A stretch of 63,034 nucleotides of DNA, filler included, from Folioceros fuciformis (Eukaryota), in the NCBI GenBank assembly GCA_049999805.1. It is 13 parts of 13 records of this genome, joined end to end, with 100 filler letters (N's around TTAATTAATTAA, not from the genome) between each part and the next. Parts side by side here need not be neighbours in the genome. Positions count along the whole stretch, not along the records: positions 30,130 to 40,100 come from JBNGIO010004989.1; positions 40,201 to 45,277 come from JBNGIO010004990.1; positions 45,378 to 61,710 come from JBNGIO010004991.1; 10 more parts are not named here. The stretch is one strand, 5' to 3'. How positions within the stretch are numbered: position 1 is the first letter of the stretch; each line of letters opens with the position of its first letter. A program made the translations under genes and the position numbers. The notes under the pieces were generated by a model that had not been told where the DNA came from, searched no databases, and saw nothing but the letters and a program-made list of their open reading frames with translations. This document shows positions 37,514-48,122 of the stretch, piece after piece.

Positions 37514-39200
37514 ATGGTGGTCGCTTCCCAGGGTAGGGTGCGGCTACTGCAGGCAGTCTTCCTGTTCTGTCTCGTCTACTGCGCGGTCCTGCTTTGCCTG
37601 CGGTGGTCACGCGCAGGCAGCTTCCAGCTGCACACGACGGCGTTACACAACTCGCAGAACGTGAGCGCAGGGGATGTTGGGAGTTCGCACTTGTCGGGAA
37701 GCGAGGAGGAAGAGGCCCCTGCTGCGGCCATTGTTCTACCGGGGCATGAGGATTCCATCTACCATTCGCACGATTTGTTCGTATGGAACTACAGGGAAAT
37801 GGAGCAGAAGTTCAAGGTGTTTGTGTATCCGGACGGGGACGCTGACACGTACTTCCAGACGCCGCGGAAGCTGACGGGAAAGTACGCCAGCGAGGGCTTC
37901 TTCTTCAAGAATATCATGGAGAGCCGGTTTGTGACGCAGGATGCTGCGGAGGCCGACCTCTTCTTCCTCCCCATTTCCTGCCATAAGATGCGAGGCAAGG
38001 TGAGTTTGTGCATGCAAGCCAGCGCAATTGGAGGTTGGAGCCGGGGGTGGTCGAGGAGGTAATTGGTGCCTCAAATGCAGGGCATCAGCTACGAGAAGAT
38101 GGCAGGCATTGTTCAGGAGTATGTGGAATTTTTGATAGGGAAGTACCCTTACTGGAATCGGACCCTGGGAGCGGACCATTTTTTTGTGACATGTCATGAT
38201 GTCGGGGCGCGGGCAACTAACAATGTGGCACACCTGGTGAAGAATTCCATCAGAGTGGTATGCTCGCCCAGTTACAACGGGAGTTTCATCCCACACAAGG
38301 ATGTCGCAATGCCCCAGGTTCTGCAACCCTTTCCCCTTCCACCTGGTGGGAATGATATATCTAACAGGTACGACAGTTCCAGCCCCTTGTGCTAGCTGCG
38401 TAAAGCAAAGAATACAGCCCTTCTTCGTCCTCCTTGGTTGGATGATGGCCTCCTTCTGTGCGAACAGGACACTCCTTGGGTTCTGGGCTGGGCACAGGAA
38501 CTCCAAAATTCGAGTTCTGTTAGCCCGTCTTTGGGGAAATGACCCTGTTCTCTCCATCAGCAACAACCGGATAAATCGAGAGCTTGGGGAGCATATCTAC
38601 CAGGATACCTTCTACAAGACCAAATTTTGCATCTGCCCCGGTGGATCCCAAGTGAATAGTGCTAGACTTGGTGATTCCATCCACTATGGTTGTGTTCCAG
38701 GTCCGTGCTGCCTCAGTTATTGTACTGTATAAGGTCAGGTTTGATTGAGCACCTTTCCCTCATCTAACAGACCTATTCGTGTTGATGTGACAGTCATATT
38801 GGCCGATTGGTACGATCTCCCCTTCAATGATGTTATAAATTGGCATAAATGTGCGCTCATTCTTCCGGAGCACAAAGTTTACAGGCTCAGATCCGTTCTT
38901 GAATCGGTGACTCCAGACCAATACGCGGCATTGCATGCTGGTGTTCGCCAGGTGGGCTTTGTTCTGTTTCACCTCATTGCTTCAGGTGCAATACGCACAA
39001 CACTCGTCATCACGACGGACTCATCCAAAAATCAATCTTGTCCTGTGGTTGTGGCTGGAAGGATGGAAAGCCTGATACACTGTGGCCTGTTTTCGCAGGC
39101 AAGACGACACTTCGAATGGCATACACCCCCTAAAGCGTTTGATGCATTCCATATGGTCATGTATGAACTATGGCTCCGGCATTTCTCTGTGAAGTACTGA
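37514..39200 (+). CDS. Exostosin-family (GT47) glycosyltransferase, At4g38040-like; exons 37514-37999, 38081-38367, 38468-38700, 38794-38951, 39099-39200
   Basis: N-terminal TM helix. FKVFVYPDGD..TYFQTPRKLTGKYASEG, YPYWNRTLGADHFFVTCHDVG, KFCICPGGSQVNSAR, YGCVPVIL, DAFHMVMYELWLR. Confidence 0.95.
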
Positions 39201-39569
39201 GGTAACTCGATGGCACGGTCAGTGTGGTTCAAGCTGTCCACTGGTGAACCTGTGACACCATCTGAGTAAGCACATACAGGGAGTCAAACAAGTCGAGTTT
39301 GGGAGCAGCAACACTGGGATCCACTAGAAGGAGACAAAAGCTCATCGTAAACAATTCTTCATAAATACTACCATTTGCATAGCTGCCTCCAGGAGCAGAA
39401 TTGGTCAAAAGTCGATAGGGCAGGCAGCGTTAGGAACGGAGAAAGAAGACCTAAGACGAGGGGATCCTCCAGTGGCAATTTGAGGAATTCTTCAATACTT
39501 CTTTGAGGAGAATCCTTCGATGGTTTTCTTTCCCGGGGTACCTAACATGAAACACAACGAGCCGCGTTA

Positions 39570-40067
39570 TCAAGCTCCCCGGGCCTCTCGTCGAGTTGCG
39601 TCGTGCAGAATATCGACGTCCACCCCGTCCGGAGGTAGTTGCACATACCGCACCACCGAACCTCTAATGAAGCAGTTTTTCACCGACAGCTGCACATCCA
39701 AAAATCTCCCGTCAGTGTGATACGAATTCGATGAACGCCGAGAAAGCAAGATAGCATCTTCCGCAATAGAGCTGGAAACAAGAATTTTGACAGGCAACAC
39801 ACCATGTGCGGATACTTGGCTTCATCAACAACCCGTGTGTTCTCCAGCTTAATGTTCAAGTACTGATCTACTGAGTGCAACGTGCCTCTAATCGCCAAGT
39901 CATTCTTCAGCTCCACCGTAACCTCCTTCCCTACGAGCTCCTTGAAGTAGGAGAAGAACAACTGCACGCAGATTTGCCATTCCACCACAAATCAGCTCAA
40001 CGAAGATCCCAGAAGATCGCAAACCCACTTCCTGTCAGCACAACAACACTGCATCCGACCTCACCAT
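39570..40067 (-). CDS. LSM2: Sm-like protein LSm2 (93 aa); exons 40067-40065 (ATG only), 39961-39803, 39689-39570
   Basis: MLFFSYFKELVGKEVTVELKNDLAIRGTLHSVDQYLNIKLENTRVVDEAKYPHMLSVKNCFIRGSVVRYVQLP...LHDATRREARGA. Confidence 0.96.
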
Positions 40068-40200
40068 GATGCTCGGAATTGCGTAGCTCCTGCAGAAGAG
40101 NNNNNNNNNNNNNNNNNNNNNNNNNNNNNNNNNNNNNNNNNNNNTTAATTAATTAANNNNNNNNNNNNNNNNNNNNNNNNNNNNNNNNNNNNNNNNNNNN

Positions 40201-43200
40201 AGGGAAGGAATTGACAGGAAATCTCACGGGAGCTTTGTGGGCAGACAGTCAAGAGTCTGTAAGGACACGGAGCATGAGACAATTTGGTTCACGCAAGGCA
40301 GCGTGATTCCGCACCAGATTGCTCTTAGGAAGAAGAGACTTAAGGTCTTGTGAGTAAAACTCCAGTCAGAAGCAGTCTGGTTCTTTCAGACATTTATCAG
40401 GTGTGAGTACTCAAGAAAGGATTGAGTGTCAACCTTGAGTGGTGGCAAGAATGGCTAGTGACAGTATTAACCAGATCGTACAAGAGAAGCTGGACAAAAA
40501 CAACTTCCATGCCTGGAAGTTTCGTTTTACAAACTTTCTTATGGGAAAGGGTTATTGGGACTACATTGAGGGGGAGCATGAAAAACCCCCTGTAGTACTT
40601 GAACGGAATGCAACAGCGGAGCAGATTAAGGCGCTGAAGGATTGGAGTCAAGGATCTCGGAAGGTCATGTATTGGCTGTCAATCAGCATTCATGACACCA
40701 TGATTGGGCACATACAGGATGCAGAGTCGCCCAAAGAAGCATGGGATGAGTTGGTAAAACTCTATGAGACTAACACGAAGGCGAGAAAACTGCAGTTGAA
40801 GAATGACTTCAACACAGTTATGAAGAAGAACTTATCAATCAATGAGTACGCGTTAAAGATCAAAGGGATAGTGGAATCCCTTGCGTCCATTGGTGTCAGT
40901 GTGGAAGATGATGACAAGGTCGAAGTTTGCTTGCGCGGGTTAACACCTGCCTACAAGCAGTTCAAGACTTCCATACAGACTCGGGAAAACATTCCCAATT
41001 TCTCAGACCTGATTTCTATGTTGATCATAGAGGAGAAAAACCTAGGCGAGGAATCATCCTCTAAGCCTAAGGAAAACTCTGAGCAGGCCTTCTACTCTGG
41101 CAGAGGCAGAGGTAGAGCCCAAGGTGGCAGAGGGCAAAGAGGTGGTAGAGGTCGGAATCCCTACCAAAATCAACAACAGAATCAGGAGTCCCAGTACAAG
41201 AGTACACGTGGAAGAGGAGAAAATTCTCGAGGCTGGGGGAGTCAAAGAGGACGTGGAAATTAACAACAAAATGATGCAAATGCAAACAATAGTGGTTGCT
41301 GGACTTGTGGTAGGTTAGACCACTTCATACGAGACTGTCCAAGGAGAAATCAAGGCAATAGGAGGCAACAGAACAATTATGCCTCTAGAAGCAGTCAGAA
41401 TGACTCGGACAACTTGTTTGTCATGCAGCATATGCTTAACTCTATGTCTGCTAGTGGATCCACCAATGGTGAGATTGTGTGGTATGTGGAGTCATGAGCT
41501 TCAAACCCCATGACATGCCATGGGGAGTGGTTCAAAGAAATGCAGGTGCTTGACAAACCTAGTTATGTAGAAATTGGAGTTGACACAACACATGCAATTG
41601 TGCATACAGGAACTGTACCTCTAAAGATGCAGGATGGCAAAGTGAAGTGCGTGGTAGATGTTCTTCACATACCCAACATCACAAAGAACTTGGTGCCAAT
41701 TGGGCAGATGGTTGAGCAAGGACTGCAGGTTAGGTTTACACCTACAGGATTCTTCATTGAAGAGTGCAAGAAAGGCGGTCGCTTGATTGCTCAAGAACAG
41801 AAGGTTGGACGGATGCTCACCTTGAACGTGGAGGTTCCTAAGCTGAAGTCAGCCATGTTTGCGAAGGGTACAAGGGTAGTGACAAACCTAGAGATGTGGC
41901 ACAAACGCATTGGACATGTAAATGTGCAGAAGTTGAAGTCCATGCAGCATCAGAAGGTTGTCACAGGCATACCCAAGCTTACAGAAACTGGACTACAAGG
42001 TGTATGTGAAGCATGTCAACTTGGGAAATAGCCTAGGAATGCATTCCCCCATGACAAACATGTCAGCAGATATGTGTTGGATGTTGTGCGTTCAGATGTA
42101 TGGGGTCCTACACAGACTGCATCAATCGGAGGATGCAAGTACTATGTGGCCTTCATTGACGACCACACAAGGAAGGTGTGGGTCTATTTCACGAAAGAAA
42201 AAAGTGAAGTGATAACTCATTTTCATACTTTCAAGGCGATGGTTGAGAAGCAGATAAGTAGGCATATCAAATGCCTAAGATCTGATGGAGGGGGAGAGTA
42301 CTTCTCTAGAGAGTTCAGCAAATTCTTATCAAAACAGGGCATTCAACGACAGTACTCATGTCATTATACGCCACAACAAAATGGAGTTGCAGAGCGCAAG
42401 AACAGGCACATAGCAGAAGTGGCGAGAGCATTGATGACAGAGAAGAAGATGCCTCACTACTATTGGGCTGAAGCTGTAAACACAGCAGTGTACATCATGA
42501 ACAAAACTCCCACAACAGCGGTGCACAGTGTAACACCGGAGGAGAAGTTCACAGGGAAGAAACATGACTTGTCACACTTAAAGGTATTTGGTTGCATTGC
42601 TTATGTCCATATTTCAGATGAGTTGCGGACTAAGCTTGATCCAAAAGCATAAAAGTGTCTTCATTGGGTATTCTATTACACAGAAAGGATACAGGTGCTA
42701 CAATCCCAGTACACGAGCTATGAGAGTAAGCAAAGACGTAGTCTTTGATGAAATGGCTAGCTGGTACTTTGAAGTACAAGAAAGTGGTGTAGCTGATGTG
42801 CATGAAACTAAGGTAACAAGCCATGCAAGTCAACAATCACAAGTGTTGAGTGGACCGCAAGCGTCATCAAACTCGACAAATGTTCAGAATTCATGGAGTG
42901 GCAAGTTGCGAGGTAGTGTGAACCCTACGAGCTCCACAGCTCTGTCTCGCAAAGGGAAGGAAAAAGTCTAGAATTCAAAGATACCAGACCTGAGTGCAGG
43001 TGTAGATGATTCAAGCAACTCTGAGCAGAGCTTGGATGAGGAATTCGGTGTACCGAAAATCGAAACACCCGTTGCAAAAGAGGTTCAATCATCCTCTGGA
43101 AGTGGTTCAATCCCACGGAGATCTGGAAGGCAGAAGGTTCCAATATAGCGGTTGACCTATGATAGCTATGTAGCTAGGCACTGTGCCTATATGGCAAAGG

Positions 43201-45042
43201 TTATGCAGGATGTGGAACCAAGGAGCTTTGAAGAAGCTATTGGAGACACAAGGTGGGAACATGCCATGGATGAAGAAATGAATGCATTAGATCAGAATGC
43301 AACATGGGACCTAGTACAACTACCTGAAGGCAAGAAACCAATAGGTTGCAATGGGTGTACAAGGTTAAACACAATGCAGATGGTAGTGTCAGCGGGTACA
43401 AGGTAAGGCTTGTGGCCAAGGGATATGCCCAGACATATGGAATAGATTTTGAGGAGACGTTCAGCCCAGTTGCCAAAATGGCAACAATTCAAACCATGAT
43501 CGCACTAGCGGCATCGAAAGGTTGGGTCCTACATCATATGGATGTGAAGAATGTGTTCTTACATGGAGAATTGTTGGAAGAAGTATACATGAACTAGCCA
43601 CCAGGTTATGAGGATTTGGATCATCCAAATCTTGTGTGCAAGCTGAAAAAAACGTTGTACGGACTGAAGCAAGCCCCGAGGGCTTGGCATGAGCGTCTTG
43701 CTCAACATCTGATTCACATCGGATTCAACATGGCAGATGCGGATCATTCGTTGTATGTGTGTAGAAGTACAAAAGGACTGGTCTTTGTAATCATTTATGT
43801 GGATGATCTAATCGGAGGTTATCAGTTGGATCAAGTGGAGTAGATTAAGAAACTTCTACAACAAGAGTTCAACATGACGGACCTAGGTGAACTGAAATTC
43901 TTCTTGGGCATTGAAATTATACGAACCAACACAGGCATTTGGCTGTCACAGCAGAAGTATGCGTTAGATTTACTAACTAAGTACGGTATGGTTGAGTGCA
44001 AGCCAATCTCGATTCCTTTGGATCAAAATCTGAAGCTCAGTGCTCATGATGGTGAAGCACTTGAAGATCCAAGTGTACATGAAGATTGTGGGTAGCTTGA
44101 TATATCTCACTCTATTCAGACCAGATTTAAACTATACAGTGGGACTATAGAGTCAGTTTATGCAGGTGCCAAGAAAGCCACGTTTGGATGCAGTAAGGCG
44201 AATGTTGCGCTATGTGAAGGCAACTATGGATCATGCTCTCTTTTATGCTGCAGATTCAGAAATAAACTTGTGTGGGTACACATATGTAGATTGGGTAGGC
44301 AGTGTTACGGATCGTAGATCTACAAGTTGATTCATATTTTCACTTGGGAGTGCAGCAATAACATGGAGTAGCAAGAAGCAGCCTACAGTGGCTTTGTCTT
44401 GTACAGAAGCTGAATACAGAGCCGCAACAATGGCAGCGTGTGAAGTGACTTAGATTTGTAAGTTACTCGGAGATTTTGGATTGCAGGTCAACGGCAAGGT
44501 TGTTATCTACTGTGACAATCTTAGTAGCATGCAGTTGGTGCAAAACCTAGTGTTTCATGCCAAGACGAAACACATTGAGGTACATTATCATTTTCTTCGA
44601 GAAAGGATTTTATTTGGAGCTATTGATCTTGTGTATGTCAACACATACGAGCAGATAGCCGATATATTTACTAAGCCAATGGGAGCAGAGAAGCTGAAGA
44701 AATTCCGAGCTATGTTAGGCATACATATGCTATGTTGAGTTCGAGGGGGAGTGTTGAGTTATCGAGCTCTATATAAGCTAAACTCATGTGGTGTTAGTTA
44801 TCCCGGTTGGGTTCATACTAGACTAGTTCTAGTTATTAGTGAACTTAGGATAGTGTAGATTATCCCATATTGAACCTGGAAGTTGTGTAGCCCTAAATGT
44901 ACTACTTAAATGGGGACCTCGGACCTCCATAGTAAGACTGTGGTGATGTGTATTGTTTTTGGTTCTGACCACCAATACCACCCTCTCGTCTCTCCTCTCC
45001 TCTCCTACACTTGCACATAGACTGGAGTTGATCCTATTGACA
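40201..45042 (+). mobile_element. Near-complete Ty1/copia element: leader, gag (ATG 40451), PR, INT, RT, RH, PPT (~44743-44751), 3' LTR (44752-45042); pol decayed
   Basis: All copia domains in order. GAGGGGGAG followed by TGTTGAG...TTGACA. Multiple stops and frameshifts after 41260. Confidence 0.96.
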
Positions 45043-45377
45043 GCCAAAAGGGAACCAAAGTGGATTGAAAGACTGGGGAGGGGAGACATAGTGACAATCG
45101 AATCACCCAGGAGTTGCTGGAACTTGAGGAAGTTGAGCAATGAGCTATCGGATCAAGGCTAGGTGAATCAAGGGGCCAGGCCCAAGAATGTGTGCTGGAA
45201 GGCGCGCACTGAGCCAGATCCTCACCCAACGCCCTCCTCTTTGCTCCCATTTCCCCCACCGTGCTTGATCCCACCCCNNNNNNNNNNNNNNNNNNNNNNN
45301 NNNNNNNNNNNNNNNNNNNNNTTAATTAATTAANNNNNNNNNNNNNNNNNNNNNNNNNNNNNNNNNNNNNNNNNNNN

Positions 45378-48122
45378 GTAGTCATCGATAAAAGAGATAA
45401 AGTACTCAGCTCCACTGATTGACTAACTTGAGATTGGCCCACAAATATCAGCATGTACTGACTCTAATACTTCCTTTGCTCTCTCTGTAGACTTGTTTCT
45501 GAATGGGAGCTCATGTTGTTTCCCAAAAACACAAGCTTCACACAAAGGTAAGTCAGCAAGCTTGTCCTTAATCCCATCCTTATATAGATAAGATGTTGAC
45601 AGCTTGTACAGTCTTTGTGCATGGGGATGCCCTAGACGTAGGTGCCATAGCTTAGTATTGTTAGGTACAGCACTATTACTGACATGTGTTTCGGATGCAG
45701 GTTCCACTCTTGCTGTCTCCATGATAGTCCCAGCATGAGCAGTATTCACAGACTTCTTCAATGGGTGCGTGGGCTTCACATCTAATTTATACAGCTTGTT
45801 GTATTCAGTTCCACGAGTCACCACATGGTTTGTATGTCTTCTCCTAATTTCGCAGTCATCATATGAAAAATGCACTGTATATATACCAGTCTTGCATAAC
45901 TGGCGTACTGACACAAGATGTTTTGTCATAGCAGGAACATGGAGAACGTCCCCCAGCTCGACGATGCTGCCATCCGCCATTGCAACAGGTACTGAACCCT
46001 GACCTTTGATGGCAAGACCACTTTCATCCTCCTGAGTCTACAAACCAGGAATTCATCCTTATAGCTGAACTGGCTAAGCACACTGTAAGGATTACATGCG
46101 CTCCTCTGGAGGGTTTCTTTGTTGTCACATGTGTGCTTGCTGCAGGTTCCTTCTTGGGCTCACCTGCTGCCTTTTTCCGGCACTCCCTTTCCCAGTGGTT
46201 AGGAAGACCACACCACCTGCAGTTTCCTGGCCTCTTCTTCGAGGTTCCAGCTCCAGATGATGGAGATTTTGTAGCTAGGTAAGACTTGTTTCCCCACTTC
46301 TTTTTGAACTTTCCTTTCTCCGTGTACAATGCATGTGCTTTGTCACGTCCTCTTCCAAGTGTTGATCCCTCCATCTGTGCTTCCTCTTGTAGGAAATCAC
46401 CAAATATCTCGCTCAGATCCAGAGTAGGAGGATTCTGTGTTCCGCTCACTCTACTTTCAGCTTCTCGAACAAGTTGATTTTGTGTTGAAACAAAAGAGCG
46501 ATATGCGGGGGTCAGTGAATTCAAGAAAATTGCTCCAGCACAAAAATCAGAAATCACATCTCCAGTAGCATGCAGTGTATTTCTTGATGCCTTGAACGTG
46601 CTGATATATTTTTCTGCTAACTCTCGCTCCCGCATGCGCAGGGATCTCAGCTTATAATCTGCAGCAACTTGTGAGATCATGTTCGCCTTTGAGTATTGTA
46701 GAACAAATGCATCCCACATTTCCTTAGCTGTAAGGTTCCTTGCTACATTTTTCATCCATTCTGATGATATTCCACCAAGAATAACATTCAAAGCCTGATT
46801 GTTGGCTTTGGAAAATGTTGCAGCCCCTTGTGGATCAGCAACCGGATCTACGGGCATGACTAGTGTGCCAGCCACAACATCCCATAGCTCTTTACTCTTG
46901 AGAGAGATCTCCATACGCAGGGACCAGACATCAAGGTTAGTCCCATCAAACCTGTCTTTCTCCTTAAAGTCAGAAAAACTGTTTGATACAGTGCCAGCCA
47001 TTGCTACAGCTACAGGTACTGCTACACCACCTGCAGATTGTTGAGGCCCTCCAGGTCCACCAGGGGCTCCAGGTCCACCGGGTCCACCAGGTCCTCCTGG
47101 TCCTCCCGGTCCTCCTGACCCACTTGGTCCTCCCAAGGTACTTGACCAACCTGCTGTGAGTGCAGTTGAAATTTGCCTAGCAGCTCCACTTAATGCTGGA
47201 CTAGTTCTTGTCTCTTATGTGTTATGAACACCATCAATGTCTTCATCTTCTTGTTCAGCACATGAGAGCTCAGTTGCACCCCTCCACGTTGGTGTCCACA
47301 TTAATTTATTGCTGCCAATGATAGCATCGCCATTTTTTTTTTTTTTACTTCTTCTGCAAGTTCTGCAGGTGAGTATTCAGACTCATAAACTGAGCTGCTA
47401 ACTTTGACAGTGCATGAATTAACACTTGCAGTTTACTAATAACAATGTTCTCTCTCTTATGCTTAATGTGGGGCTCTCTAGGATACTGTGATACTCCTTG
47501 AATTCTATGCCGAGGAGATCTACTAGAACATCTACCCTCCCAATGTGGATTTGAAGATGAATGCCCAGGTTTCTACAATGCTGACAGCGTGCAAGTGATG
47601 GTGAGTGAATATTAAATTGACTATGATTCCTCCCAACTGCTCTTCTTTGCCAAGCCTGCTGCGCCTGCCTTGTTTGACTGTAGTAATGGTTGCTACAGTC
47701 CAAAGAATTTTGCATAGCTGACATCTATGGTGGTGTTGCCGATTCCTGCGAGGTCGTGGGTCCTCCAGGGATCTGACACACGGTTCTATTCAGTTAGGCA
47801 TTCAACAGCCTCTTAATTTCAATCTACCTACGCTCCAGCGCACGCGTCAGCATAGCTCAAATATGCTCTGATACCATGTCTATTATCTAGTAGATTCTTA
47901 GAAGAATACATTAAACATTAAGTGCATATTTACAATGTAGCAGCAGCCTCTTGTAGGTGCAGGTCTGCTGACTACCAACCAAACATCGTGTCTGCTGGCC
48001 TAGCGGTTAGGTCAGCAACACCAGTTCATATCCTCTTATTAATATATATATACATAACTTAAAGGCATGAAACGTGCCCTAACCCTAACTCTACCTATCT
48101 AGCTGAAGTACATATTCCAACA
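45378..48122 (-). mobile_element. Ty1/copia 5' part: LTR (47877-48122), PBS (47865-47876), gag, partly deleted protease, integrase N-terminus; inserted in a gypsy gag
   Basis: TGTTGG...GACA followed by TGGTATCAGAGC. DRFDGTNLDVWSLRME, CRWCGLPNHWEREC, WFVDSG, LWHLRLGH, CEACVFGK, VHADICGP. Confidence 0.93.

Noticed and set aside
31075-40067. Functional gene cluster
   Set aside because: MED20, an ion channel, GT47 and LSM2 share no pathway; close spacing reflects a compact genome.
4721-45042. LTRs at 4721 and 44752 as the two ends of one 40-kb element capturing the gene island
   Set aside because: Flanks differ (CTCCT versus GCCAA), the interrupted gypsy LTR does not resume at 45043, and ten assembly gaps intervene.
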